A stretch of DNA of 64,000 nt from an uncultured virus (IMG/VR IMGVR_UViG_3300020213_000017). Its lineage: Duplodnaviria; Heunggongvirae; Uroviricota; Caudoviricetes. Of the stretch, positions 9,033 to 18,824 are shown piece after piece. Position 1 is the stretch's first letter; every line of letters starts with the position of its first letter. Made by a program: the position numbers and the translations under genes. A model generated the notes under the pieces. That model searched no databases, had not been told where the DNA came from, and saw only the letters and a list, made by a program, of their open reading frames with translations. The stretch is taken from IMG/VR virus record IMGVR_UViG_3300020213_000017. The stretch is one strand, 5' to 3'.

Positions 9033-9974
9033 TTATAAATACCAAACAGTTGTCTCAAAATCTCCTGCAGAAGATCGCCCATGTAACACGGTGACAGTAA
9101 GTGTTTGGCCCGCTAACAGCTTGACGCCATTGGCAAATTGTTCAAAATCAAACGTTGTGTCAAATCTAGTGTGCCATAGCCTTTTTTTGGACATGGTGCT
9201 ACCATCAATTTTTACACGTATCTCGGCTACGTTCTCTCCTGACACCTCTATCTTCTGAATTCTCTTTTGGACAGGAGCGCCCAAAACAGTGATGATAGTC
9301 GTTTCTACGCCCGATGGGATAGCTGAAACCTCATTGTAGGACCAAGACAGGCCAGAATTGGCAACAGGAGTGTCAAGAACGTGAACATTGATAGACTTGT
9401 CGTCTAGAACCTCTAGTTCATTCCCGCTAGCGCCACCAATCCTAATAGAATCATGAACATCGCCTGGATTTGGTGAATTGTCTAAGTGGCTTAGCTGAAC
9501 CTCTAGTTCAGCATTGACGGTACCAATATTGATGGAGCCATCCGACAATCTAACTGGAAGAGGGTTGTCAGTCTCATAATATCGACCAAATTGGTCAACA
9601 CCAACTGTTCTGACAGCAACAGTGGGTTCTTGGTCGTATACGGCCTGCCAAATATCATCAGGTTTTAGTTTGGCTTTTTCTTGCTCTTCTGCGTATACAA
9701 ATGCGCCTAAAGATACAGTGTAGGCAGACAGATCAGACCTTTTGGTCAAAAGAGATTCGCCAGCCCTAGTAGGTATTGGACCTACAATCAGCTGATTGTC
9801 AGAGATGACTCTTTTAACCTGTAGTCTTAAATCTGGGAGAGATACGGCAGAAATGACAACTAATTGCTTTACCTTAAAGCCCTTAGCGTTAGCCAATGTA
9901 ATTATCCCTAAGCTACTGCCATCGACTGTAAAAAGTCGAGGCGGTACAGAGAGCCATTTTTGTTCAATAGCCAT
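9033..9974 (-). CDS. Putative virion structural protein
   Basis: 313 aa; DNPLPV motif similar to SNPLPV in 8005..8772. Confidence 0.6.
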   Translation of the reverse strand: MAIEQKWLSVPPRLFTVDGSSLGIITLANAKGFKVKQLVVISAVSLPDLRLQVKRVISDNQLIVGPIPTRAGESLLTKRSDLSAYTVSLGAFVYAEEQEKAKLKPDDIWQAVYDQEPTVAVRTVGVDQFGRYYETDNPLPVRLSDGSINIGTVNAELEVQLSHLDNSPNPGDVHDSIRIGGASGNELEVLDDKSINVHVLDTPVANSGLSWSYNEVSAIPSGVETTIITVLGAPVQKRIQKIEVSGENVAEIRVKIDGSTMSKKRLWHTRFDTTFDFEQFANGVKLLAGQTLTVTVLHGRSSAGDFETTVWYL

Positions 9975-10052
9975 GCGTCACCTTTGCCAATGTATGCTTA
10001 CGCAATACGATTGTACGCCCATGCGTACAATACAAAGATTAGGCGCTTACCC

Positions 10053-10400
10053 CTATTTCCAGGAAATAATCACGGTTCTTGAATCATAATCGATCAATGC
10101 GATGTTTTGATTCCAATAGGCTTCCCATAGCCACCCAAAAAGCTGAGCTGGCTGACCTGCTTGCCACCCAGTTGCTTTTGGGGGAGCAATAGCATATCCA
10201 AATCCACGATAATATTCTATAATATCGGCTATATTAGCATCAGGCGTTAGGGTAAGCTTTACAAATTTTTGACCTAGAGCTTCCCTGTCAAGTATTATAG
10301 CATCAGCCTCTGCTATGAATTTAGCATTTGCTGCCGCCGTAATAGCGTCTAAAGCGACTTGGGACGCTGCTGACGTGGTATCTTTAGTTTGTGTGGCCAT
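10053..10400 (-). CDS. Hypothetical late protein
   Basis: 115-aa ORF downstream of the tail tube gene with an AATCTT motif. Confidence 0.65.
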   Translation of the reverse strand: MATQTKDTTSAASQVALDAITAAANAKFIAEADAIILDREALGQKFVKLTLTPDANIADIIEYYRGFGYAIAPPKATGWQAGQPAQLFGWLWEAYWNQNIALIDYDSRTVIISWK

Positions 10401-10427
10401 AGTGTTACTTTTAAGATTGCTTGCTAA

Positions 10428-10463
10428 TAAAATCTATGATTTTAGGCGTGGGCAGGAGGTCAA
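10428..10463 (+). mobile_element. Degenerate IS200/IS605-like right end
   Basis: ...TTTAGGCGTGGGCAGGAGGTCAA resembles the RE hairpin and TCAA terminus of this family. Confidence 0.35.
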
Positions 10464-10483
10464 GATAACCTCATTTTTAAAAT

Positions 10484-10505
10484 AAAAAAAGGGCCTTTCG
10501 GCCCT
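10484..10505 (-). terminator. Rho-independent terminator after the tail tube gene
   Basis: AGGGCC-GAAA-GGCCCT hairpin followed by a U-tract on the minus strand. Confidence 0.85.
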
Positions 10506-10530
10506 GTTTCTGTTTGACTATTTGTTTTTG

Positions 10531-10977
10531 TTAAGGAAGACTAACAGCACCAGCTTCATCTTGAGCGCCGGACTCATCACTGTTCAGAATTCCAACATAA
10601 CTAATATTTACGCGGCTGGTAGCCTTGGCATTATAGTTGCTATTGTTGCTGGTAGGTACTACACCAAGAACGGTTTCCAGGGTCACACCGGTTTGACGGT
10701 CAGTGATCACTATCGTAAAAGGTTCAAAATTCAAAAGATCTTGAACTTTTGGTGCCTTGGGCAATGTATGTTTGCCAGAGCCAACTACGCGAAAACCCGC
10801 ACAGTTTATGTTCACTGCTTCTTGGGAAATGATCGCGATTTCGTCTGGACTGTATCGCCCAAGCAAGTGGATAGGCTCTGTTCCTGTGGTATTGGATATC
10901 GTACAGGATTCAAAGATACCAACTAGCTGGTTATCTATATAAACTTTGGCACGTCCGCCTACTACTACCTTACTCAT
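10531..10977 (-). CDS. Tail tube protein
   Basis: 148 aa immediately downstream of the sheath gene; G.RAKVYIDNQLVG, EPIH.LG...PDEI. Confidence 0.8.
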   Translation of the reverse strand: MSKVVVGGRAKVYIDNQLVGIFESCTISNTTGTEPIHLLGRYSPDEIAIISQEAVNINCAGFRVVGSGKHTLPKAPKVQDLLNFEPFTIVITDRQTGVTLETVLGVVPTSNNSNYNAKATSRVNISYVGILNSDESGAQDEAGAVSLP

Positions 10978-11000
10978 AAGTGTTCTCCTTCTTTAATCTA

Positions 11001-13157
11001 TTAAGCCGATGTCTGAATTACTTGCGAGAAACTCACATCAATTGGTATAAAGTAAATCGCAGTAGCGAGTTTTACTTCAACAGCGATATCGAGTTCTGGG
11101 GGGGCAACTACAACATTTTCGTTTTTGAAGCCCAAGGGAGCATCAACACTGGAAGCAATCATTTTTAGACGCTTGTATTCAGCCATCTTCTGGTGCAAGA
11201 ATCCGCGAGCGGCACCTGCATCGATATCTGCTACGTTTTTGCCAGTAAAAGCTTTTTGAAAGCTAGAGGCAAGGTCTAAGGTTAGAGAATCGGACAAGTA
11301 TACCGCTTGGAAGCTGTTGTATACAAAGTTCGTATCAAAACCATAGGTGGTTTGGTCAGAAACCCAACGAGGGCCATCATTGTCTTCTTGAGTCAAGAAC
11401 ATCAGGCCAGCGTCGAGTGCAGTGCTGTTATCGTCTGGGTCACCAGAATCAAATCCAGCAGGATCTTCAAAGCTAATCACGTTAGCAAGCTTATTGACAA
11501 TAGCTTTATAAAAACCACCAGCTTGCATTCCAGCTGCGATTACCGCATTCATCCAGGGCAAGAAAACTTCACTTTGGTTTGTAGTAGAGCTAACTTGAGT
11601 AGCACGTTGCATGGTCATGGCACAACGGTATTGGGCCAACTGTTGAGCTTTTTGTTGGGCCTGAGCAAAGGTGCCCCAGAAAGAAAGCACTGCAGAGCGA
11701 TGTTTCTTAAGTTTAGGGGTTGAATAGGTCAAGCAATGAGTTTTCACAAGAGCGTGAATAGCATCAATTGTATAGGTTGAAGCACTGTCAGTTAAAGCGT
11801 CAGCGATATCGGCACTAGCGTCGCGGGAAAACAGGGGAACAATAATGTTCACAGATAGACCAGAAAGCTTTGCGATAGCAGCGGCAACTTGAGCAGCCGT
11901 AGTTGCGCCCTTTAGACCACCTGCTAAGTAGGCGGTAGCAGAAGCATCAGGCAGGCCAGCTTGGGCAATTGCAGTAAAAGCAAGAGCGCGAGATTGACCA
12001 ACAGATACTTTGAAATCATAGAGACCGCGTTTTACACGTCCAGGCATGTCACCAGCAACACTTGCGCCGATACCGATTGCAGTAACAGCGTCCAAGGAAG
12101 AAGGTGCCAATTGCAATGATGCAGCCGGAATAGCAGCAGAGTATCCAGGTTGAGTAGCAATGAAAGCAGACAAATTTCCAAGGGTTGCAAAGTTCGCCAG
12201 ACTTAAGCTCAAGTTACTACCAGCACCACCTGTTACGGTAGTGGTTAGGGTCTTAGCCGATTGATTTATGGTCATAGTAGCGGTTGTGCCAAGATATCCA
12301 ATTTGAAAGGCAACTTCAGCATCGATATCCCATACTTCGCTTAGATTCGTATCGGCGCGAGCAATGGAAAGTTCAATTTCAGCTTCTTGAGCGGAAACGA
12401 TTAAGTTTTCATCGTGTCCAAGAGCAGCGAGATCGCCTGGGGTGGAATCGATAAGCTCAAGAGATTTAGCCCAACCCTTACGGTTAGCAGCAGCATCTAC
12501 GGCCATAGCAAGCTTGATACTATTAATAGCAGCGCCAGCAGAGGCAGTGACACCAATAGGAAGCAAACTGTTAAGTTCAATGATCAAAGTGGCCTGGTCC
12601 GCATGGTCACCAGCGATTCCGCTAAGAGCAATTACAACAGCAGCACCACCATTTTGGCGGAGACTGAAAGAAGCACCGTTCAAGGTGGCTCCAAAAGTAA
12701 CGATTGTAATACCAGAAATTTCTGGAGCGGCCTCTGCTGCCACTTGGGTTACTTTGAAATTGTATTTATTACCATCCAAGCCCCAGTTTTTATCCTTCAG
12801 TGTGCCATAATCGGTATCAACCAAGGCAGAAGCCTGGCTTCCAGAGTTGGTTTTTAAGATATAAATACGATTTGCAGATCCAACAATTTCTGGATCAGCA
12901 GAAGGTCCAGCAAGTGCATTCATGGCGTCTACAAGAGATCCACGGATGTACTGTTGGGCAACTTTTGCCGCTTGACTAGGACCAAAGAAATTCTTCTTCA
13001 GATCCACGTTAGCGAAGTTGTCACCACCATCAGCTTCTCCAATGATAACGATGTTACCAGAAGAAGCAAAGCCTACTGGCTTGCTAATAACGCTTTGATT
13101 GGGGTAAGCGCCAGGTACATTTGTATTTACGAAACTAGTTACTAATCTTTGAGCCAT
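11001..13157 (-). CDS. Tail sheath protein
   Basis: 718 aa; N-terminal PGAY and IIGEADGG; C-terminal WVSDQTTY and AIYFI sheath motifs. Confidence 0.9.
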   Translation of the reverse strand: MAQRLVTSFVNTNVPGAYPNQSVISKPVGFASSGNIVIIGEADGGDNFANVDLKKNFFGPSQAAKVAQQYIRGSLVDAMNALAGPSADPEIVGSANRIYILKTNSGSQASALVDTDYGTLKDKNWGLDGNKYNFKVTQVAAEAAPEISGITIVTFGATLNGASFSLRQNGGAAVVIALSGIAGDHADQATLIIELNSLLPIGVTASAGAAINSIKLAMAVDAAANRKGWAKSLELIDSTPGDLAALGHDENLIVSAQEAEIELSIARADTNLSEVWDIDAEVAFQIGYLGTTATMTINQSAKTLTTTVTGGAGSNLSLSLANFATLGNLSAFIATQPGYSAAIPAASLQLAPSSLDAVTAIGIGASVAGDMPGRVKRGLYDFKVSVGQSRALAFTAIAQAGLPDASATAYLAGGLKGATTAAQVAAAIAKLSGLSVNIIVPLFSRDASADIADALTDSASTYTIDAIHALVKTHCLTYSTPKLKKHRSAVLSFWGTFAQAQQKAQQLAQYRCAMTMQRATQVSSTTNQSEVFLPWMNAVIAAGMQAGGFYKAIVNKLANVISFEDPAGFDSGDPDDNSTALDAGLMFLTQEDNDGPRWVSDQTTYGFDTNFVYNSFQAVYLSDSLTLDLASSFQKAFTGKNVADIDAGAARGFLHQKMAEYKRLKMIASSVDAPLGFKNENVVVAPPELDIAVEVKLATAIYFIPIDVSFSQVIQTSA

Positions 13158-13169
13158 GGGTGTCTCCTC

Positions 13170-13451
13170 TTACTCTTCTTTTTTAAGTCCAAAATGTTTT
13201 AAACCATCGTCAAATTTTTCTGGGGAATCCATCTTTGTAGCCTTAAGATGCAGCCAGAGAATTTCTTCTAGATCTCTTGTTTTTCCGTAACTTGCCTTTT
13301 CTTTTGCCCAATGAAGACGGAAAGCTTCACGTTTTTGAGATTCTGAGAGCTCTTTGGGCGCTTTAGGTTTGGCCATGGCCAACCTTGCCGCTCTAGCCTC
13401 TTGCATACTCATATTTTGGGGATCTTCTTTGTAATCGCGGTTTTTTGCCAT
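13170..13451 (-). CDS. Hypothetical protein
   Basis: 93-aa ORF upstream of the sheath gene. Confidence 0.7.
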   Translation of the reverse strand: MAKNRDYKEDPQNMSMQEARAARLAMAKPKAPKELSESQKREAFRLHWAKEKASYGKTRDLEEILWLHLKATKMDSPEKFDDGLKHFGLKKEE

Positions 13452-13453
13452 AA

Positions 13454-13960
13454 CTACACCGGCAACTTTGGTTTAGGCATTTGCTTCATTTCGCCAAGCA
13501 CCTGTTTGTGTTTGCCTTTAGCCTCATTTTCGTCTGCTATTTTTTTAGCAGGGCTGTTTGAAGCGCCTGGTAAGCTAGATCCAGCTTTACTGGTTCCCAT
13601 CATTACCTTGCTTTTTTGCGAAGGATCAGTAGAAGTATTTATTCCTTTTTCATGTCCGGTTTCGCCTTTAGACATACGTTTTGATTTTTTATCTTCTAAA
13701 AACTTAGCTAAACCAGAAAAACCTTCGGATTTTTTTAAACGCTTGTCATCATAGTCCGCCATCCCAGTAGGATCAGTTCCTTTTTCTTCCTTCTTTTCTT
13801 TAGGATTCTTTTCAGGAGCTATTTGGGCTCTAACACCGTTTGGAGGAGTGGCGTCTTTTTCAACATGCTCTTTCTTGAGCATTTCAGACTTCTTAAGACA
13901 TTCGTCTGCTTTTTTCAAGACTTCTAGAGCTACTTGTTTTGCGGTGTAGTGTTTCATCAT
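13454..13960 (-). CDS. Lys-rich putative internal head protein
   Basis: Repeated LKKA/LKKS/MSKG motifs, low complexity. Confidence 0.55.
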   Translation of the reverse strand: MMKHYTAKQVALEVLKKADECLKKSEMLKKEHVEKDATPPNGVRAQIAPEKNPKEKKEEKGTDPTGMADYDDKRLKKSEGFSGLAKFLEDKKSKRMSKGETGHEKGINTSTDPSQKSKVMMGTSKAGSSLPGASNSPAKKIADENEAKGKHKQVLGEMKQMPKPKLPV

Positions 13961-14058
13961 TGCCTCTTGTAATACTCTTATATACTCTAAGATTACGTGG
14001 GATCTTGTTTAACGAGATAATCCCATGAATTTATTAGGGTTTATTTTTACAACCTGAG

Positions 14059-15063
14059 TTATTCCTCATTTTCGTCAACAGTTGTCCAGCATTCGGAGTT
14101 GTTATCTAAAAAATCTGGAGAATCTAAATTGCTCAAAATCTTGATTCCGCCTCTAAAACCAGGAGCTTCGCCTGGAGTAAGCTCTTTTAAGGATATCTTT
14201 TCAATCACACGATGTGGAGATTTGATCCATGTATTCTCGACTTGTCCAGTCAGGCCTATGGCTCGGCTCCATGCTAATTCGCCACCCTCTCCAGGAAACA
14301 GGGGGTCTGGGGCCAAATCGCCGCTAGAAAGAACACTCTCAGAAAAGCCATTGGCTTCCAAAAGACCTTCACGGTAGCGCATTAGGGCGTATTTTACTAT
14401 ACCCCACATCCAGAGACATACTTGAGCATTTCCGTGCGCAGTACACTTGATCGTATGTGATTCTTGAAAAAAAGAATGTTCTATTCTGGCGACATAGTAT
14501 TGATACTGGGGTACAACTGCAAGCTGGGTAGCATCAATTTCCATACCAGCTTCGATACGCACACCTTCTGGAACAATTTCTTGTATGATATACCCCGTGC
14601 CATTTTCTGGATTTACCAGGATCATACCTTCTGCAATAGAATCCTTATCTATAACGGACTGAGGCAAAGAAACGATACCAGTATTCTGATCATACCCAGC
14701 GGGTACAAATGGTTTTATTACAAAAGGGATCGGTTTGCCAATCTCATTTGGCAAGAGAATCTTGCTTTCAGTAGAAAGATCGGCCATGGATTTCATGCCT
14801 TCTTTCTCCTGGCTTGCCCCAAGAATGATCGTTATTAGAGGAAGCTTGTTATTTTCTAGATAACCAAGAGCAACGTCTACCTGGTTGTTTTTTAACCATT
14901 CCTTGCACGCGTCTATCTGGGATTGACCATACTTGTCTTTTAAATAAGGGTTTACTACGCAATCAGACAAAATATCATCAACCAACCAATCGTTTTTGCG
15001 CACGTCATCGAACGCGAGCTCCACGATTGTCTTGATAACTACATCTGCTTGAAAAATACCCAT
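14059..15063 (-). CDS. Putative tail completion/terminator protein
   Basis: Position upstream of the sheath gene; LP.ITI.L...E pattern; 334 aa. Confidence 0.5.
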   Translation of the reverse strand: MGIFQADVVIKTIVELAFDDVRKNDWLVDDILSDCVVNPYLKDKYGQSQIDACKEWLKNNQVDVALGYLENNKLPLITIILGASQEKEGMKSMADLSTESKILLPNEIGKPIPFVIKPFVPAGYDQNTGIVSLPQSVIDKDSIAEGMILVNPENGTGYIIQEIVPEGVRIEAGMEIDATQLAVVPQYQYYVARIEHSFFQESHTIKCTAHGNAQVCLWMWGIVKYALMRYREGLLEANGFSESVLSSGDLAPDPLFPGEGGELAWSRAIGLTGQVENTWIKSPHRVIEKISLKELTPGEAPGFRGGIKILSNLDSPDFLDNNSECWTTVDENEE

Positions 15064-15064
15064 A

Positions 15065-15817
15065 TTAATATTTCTTTAATATCTCTGGAAGAATTTTTTC
15101 TTCCCATTCTTTTAAAGCCCATTCTGCTGCTCTGTCTAAAAACTTCTTAGCCTGCATTCCAGGGTGAATCCATTTACCTTGACCCTTAGGACCGTCACTA
15201 ACCGTTCTAAAAGTCATTATGTCTCGTCTAACATTGCCAGCCGCATTTTTGCTTTGATAGATCGTTAGGCCCTGTAGAGCTCCAGTGTTTGCCCGAGAGG
15301 TTGGTGGCATAGAATCAATGTCTAGCTTGTGTAATTTACCAAGCCTAGGATTCCCATTAGGACCATTCTCAATCTTCTTAAAAGAAATACCTTCTTTTTT
15401 TAAAACATATCGGATCTGACTTACTAGCGTTTTAGCATAGGGTGTCATCTGCGAAGGAGCTTTGCCGTGATCAAAAGGAATCGACTTGTACTTATAGCCA
15501 TCCTTCGATGTTTTTGCGCCTTCTCGTAGAAGGCCTTCCTTCATATCCGTATTAGGCTTAATACCTTCTTCTACCCATAGACCTTTTTCATCTACGCTTA
15601 CAACCCAAACGCCAGGAGATATCTCTTCAAAACCAAGAGATTCTTGAAACTCTTTTCTAGAAGAATTCAATTCGCTACTGGCTATCTCAGCAACTCTAGC
15701 ATGGGTCATTGCAGCTAAGCTGCCAACGCCTTTTTCTAAATCTTGTTTTACTTCGTAGGCTAGCTCCTTGAAATGATCCGCTATCTTATCAAGATCTAAG
15801 TTAATTTTGAGAGCCAT
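15065..15817 (-). CDS. Neck/head-tail protein
   Basis: VEEG..DMK.GLL, IPF.H, FRTVSD...WIHPG motifs seen in large-myovirus neck proteins. Confidence 0.65.
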   Translation of the reverse strand: MALKINLDLDKIADHFKELAYEVKQDLEKGVGSLAAMTHARVAEIASSELNSSRKEFQESLGFEEISPGVWVVSVDEKGLWVEEGIKPNTDMKEGLLREGAKTSKDGYKYKSIPFDHGKAPSQMTPYAKTLVSQIRYVLKKEGISFKKIENGPNGNPRLGKLHKLDIDSMPPTSRANTGALQGLTIYQSKNAAGNVRRDIMTFRTVSDGPKGQGKWIHPGMQAKKFLDRAAEWALKEWEEKILPEILKKY

Positions 15818-16034
15818 TCACGCCTCCCGATTTTACAGGGACTCCGGTGGAACTCATTACTACACCGGCTTTCCTGTCTATAAATCTGGTTTTACCAGTA
15901 ACAGGGTCGATAACCTTTTGCTGCCCTTTAGCGTTAATCGCTCCAGGTGGCAACGTTTCACGCGCTACGTGAGAGGTGGTTTGCTTGGTCGGTAGTTTTC
16001 CAATGGGGCTACCTATTGCCCCGCTGGCTTTTTT
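15801..16034 (-). other. Programmed -1 ribosomal frameshift site and 75-aa transframe extension of 16013..17689
   Basis: In-frame A_AAA_AAG at 16034-16028; GGGG/CCCC plus GGTAG/CTACC pseudoknot 5 nt downstream; -1 frame open to TAA at 15801. Confidence 0.75.
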
Positions 16035-17689
16035 CCAGCAGGTTTTCCTTCTGGTTTTTTAGGGGGGAAACTAGGTTTTCCTTTAGCGTCTGGTGAAACG
16101 TCGGGTTTAGCAGATTTACCATCTTTCTTAGGAGGAAATTCAGGTTTGCTAGCAGGCTTCTCTTTATCTTCCGCACCTTCTTCAGAATCAGAACCATCCA
16201 AGAAAGGTTTGTCATCGGCAAGCATATCTTCGTCATCGGCAAGCATATCTTCGTCATCGGCAGGCATGTCTTCGTCATTGCCAAACAGGGAGTCAGCGCC
16301 ATTTTGCTGAGCATCGTGTTCAGGATCTTCTAGCCCATCGCCAAAACCAAGCAATTTTGACATTTCAATCATTGCGCGAAGCATTTTGATCGAGCCGTTA
16401 TAGAGCTCAGGGGCTTGTTCTTTAGCTCGTTCCAAAATATGGCGCTGACTTTTGAAGACTTCTAGGGCTTCAGCTACCATCTGTACGACTTTTTCTTTTT
16501 GAATGTTTTCTTGTTCAGAGGCAATCGCGTCACCAAGAACTTCTTTGTAGTCAGGGTCTTCTTTGTCTTCGCCAGGAAGCTGATCTGGATTAAGATCTTC
16601 TTCGCCTTCTTCTTCAGAAGCACTAGGATCTTGAGGATCAACACCTTCTTCAGCCCCAGCTTCTGCTTCATCGCCTAGGCCCATGTCACCAGGAGTTTGG
16701 TCGGAGTCTTTGTCATCCACCCCTTTTCCATCGGCATGGCCAGTTGCAAGATCTGCATCGTCAATATTTTCCATTACATCTTTTTCTTGGCTTTGGCTTT
16801 CGGGGCTGGCTTCATCAATTTTTTCTTTAAGCTTGTCAACATTTTCTTGACCTGCTTTTGGATCTTTTTCTTTAGAGCCTTCATTTACGATCTCCTTGTT
16901 TTTTGGTTTTACACTGTTTCCGTTAGATTTATCGTTCATAGATTTTTCCTCTAGCTTTTCCGCACCTTCGGTTTTGGGATTGGATTGAGCTTTTGGGTCG
17001 GTTGGACCAGGCTCTTCACCATCTGTGTTAAATTGTGCTTGTTGATCATTTTGTTCAGCTTGTTGATCTGTAGCGGTAGGCTCAACGCCCTCTCCTGGGC
17101 TTTCTTCAGTAGAACCAGGCCCAACATCATCGCCCTTTGCCTCACGATTGGCTTCGCTATCATGATTTTTACCATCAGAGAATTCGCCCTGACCATCATT
17201 GGCGGCGTCCTCTCCCTGCTCGTTTTGTTGACCATCGCTAAGATACGCTTCGTCTAGCTTGTTTTCTTCTTCCGATCCAGTTCCGTCTCCAGCATGTAGA
17301 TGTGCGGACTGCAATTCAGAATCAACGGTTTCATCGAATATCACTACGATATTTTTACCACGTAGTTTTCCGGCCATAAGAGACTTGCCAGCTTGGGACA
17401 AATCTTTGCCTACGCCAACGGTCATTGTTAGATTCGTAGCAAATTGATAGTCCTTCCGAAGTTCTTCAATCGTTTCAATAGAACCAGGCGGCATCTGGGC
17501 TGTGAACTCATCTCCTCCAGCAGAAATCTTTTTTCCGCCCTGTTCTTGAACCCACCTGGCGATGATTTCTTGTCCCAGATCGATTCTGGAGCTTACTTCG
17601 GTAAGAGCAGCAACATCGTTAGCAAGAACGGCTCTTCCGACCATTCTTCCTGCGTTATCTGCGTCCATTGCTAAAAATATATTATCCAT
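16013..17689 (-). CDS. mCpol/GGDEF-like nucleotidyl cyclase domain fused to a long acidic disordered region
   Basis: N-terminal ~120 aa: AMDADNAG...GGKKISAGGDEF...TMTVGVG...AGKLRGKN; remainder D/E/G/K/P-rich. Confidence 0.7.
   Translation of the reverse strand: MDNIFLAMDADNAGRMVGRAVLANDVAALTEVSSRIDLGQEIIARWVQEQGGKKISAGGDEFTAQMPPGSIETIEELRKDYQFATNLTMTVGVGKDLSQAGKSLMAGKLRGKNIVVIFDETVDSELQSAHLHAGDGTGSEEENKLDEAYLSDGQQNEQGEDAANDGQGEFSDGKNHDSEANREAKGDDVGPGSTEESPGEGVEPTATDQQAEQNDQQAQFNTDGEEPGPTDPKAQSNPKTEGAEKLEEKSMNDKSNGNSVKPKNKEIVNEGSKEKDPKAGQENVDKLKEKIDEASPESQSQEKDVMENIDDADLATGHADGKGVDDKDSDQTPGDMGLGDEAEAGAEEGVDPQDPSASEEEGEEDLNPDQLPGEDKEDPDYKEVLGDAIASEQENIQKEKVVQMVAEALEVFKSQRHILERAKEQAPELYNGSIKMLRAMIEMSKLLGFGDGLEDPEHDAQQNGADSLFGNDEDMPADDEDMLADDEDMLADDKPFLDGSDSEEGAEDKEKPASKPEFPPKKDGKSAKPDVSPDAKGKPSFPPKKPEGKPAGKKPAGQ
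16209..16275 (-). repeat. About three 21-bp coding tandem repeats (DDEDMLA)
   Basis: cttcgtcatcggcaagcatat units. Confidence 0.8.
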
Positions 17690-18815
17690 GTTTTCTCCTA
17701 AGAATATCTAGAAGCATTTCGATATTTTCAGGATCAAAGCCTTTAGAGAAACGCACATTGATTCCGGTATCACTTTTCCTAACAAAAACCTTGCGCTCGC
17801 GATCATCGCCAAAGCAAATACAGCCAGAAAATACAGTGCCATCAAAGATGTTTTTGCCACAATCAGGGCAATCAACTTGCTCACCTTTGGCCATTTGAAT
17901 AGAAAATTCTTGAGGCTGTTTTCGGCGCTCTACAAAGTTTTTTAGTTTTTGAGAGCCTTTTTTGGGTGCATCCACGAATTCTGGTTCCTTATCATTTATG
18001 GTAGCATCAACAACAGCAATTCCGTTGGCCAAGCCGCGTAAATACTCATCGCTTTTAGAAGCAGGATCTTCCGAAAAAACTCTGGCCACGTTAGCAATGT
18101 CTTTTTTAAACTTCTCGTTTTTTTCACGAAGATGTAGAACATCGTCCAAAGATGCAGAGTGTCCGTAGTCACCAGGTTGGAGTTCTCCAGGCTTTACACC
18201 ACCATGAGCAGCAACGGCACAGCCAGCAAGCCTTACTCTTTCACGTTCTAATTCTTCCCTAGTAGCATTGAGCTCATTGGTCAGTTTCATGAGCATGAGC
18301 TTGTTTAGCGCTTCACGTTCAGCCATAGTCTTATCGACCACCTGACCAACTATATCATGTATAGCAAGACGTTCATTGATCATATGTTGCACTTTGGAGG
18401 CAACGTCTTCCTCCACTTTTGGAGGCTCTATCAACTTATTAATATCATAGAGCTCGTAAGCTGACATGATAATAAGTCCAATCCCTGGAATGGATCTGAA
18501 TTTATACTCAGTCACAATCTTACCGGCTTGCTCAATATTGCCAATATAAACGTCGCGCTCCAGCTTGGTGGCATTGAGGAATACGCCAGATTCTTGAAGA
18601 GGGAGCTGAATTCTTTTGTTGTCTCCTACCTTTAAAGGAGAAAGAGTGTTCACCAAAAACGCCATCAAGGTTCTTGGTACAATCTGAAGGGCCGTGGCAA
18701 TTTCCTCTGGATCTACGGTCGTGCGAGTGCCTTGCTTATAAAGCTCAACTTTTTGCAAAGATTCAAAAAAATCTTCGCCTAACGCTTTTTTAAGAAAGGA
18801 GTTGCCGAAAGACAT
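17682..18815 (-). CDS. Hypothetical head-associated protein with C-terminal Zn ribbon
   Basis: LKKAL and MAKGE motifs; CPDC...CIC. Confidence 0.6.
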   Translation of the reverse strand: MSFGNSFLKKALGEDFFESLQKVELYKQGTRTTVDPEEIATALQIVPRTLMAFLVNTLSPLKVGDNKRIQLPLQESGVFLNATKLERDVYIGNIEQAGKIVTEYKFRSIPGIGLIIMSAYELYDINKLIEPPKVEEDVASKVQHMINERLAIHDIVGQVVDKTMAEREALNKLMLMKLTNELNATREELERERVRLAGCAVAAHGGVKPGELQPGDYGHSASLDDVLHLREKNEKFKKDIANVARVFSEDPASKSDEYLRGLANGIAVVDATINDKEPEFVDAPKKGSQKLKNFVERRKQPQEFSIQMAKGEQVDCPDCGKNIFDGTVFSGCICFGDDRERKVFVRKSDTGINVRFSKGFDPENIEMLLDILRRKHG

Positions 18816-18824
18816 TGAATCCCC

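Noticed and set aside
10522..13145. Plus-strand ORFs over the sheath and tube genes (and similar ones over capsid, portal and groEL)
   Set aside because: Antisense shadows of strongly codon-biased genes, with no recognisable motifs
16009..16314. 101-aa minus-strand ORF, and the 15807..15995 plus-strand ORF, as real genes
   Set aside because: They are alternative-frame or antisense shadows; the -1 transframe reading explains the region better
17330..17689. Canonical diguanylate cyclase call based on the literal GGDEF
   Set aside because: Lacks the FKxxND, GHxxGD and Rx-GGDEF elements and is shorter; a minimal mCpol-like domain fits better, though the product is unproven
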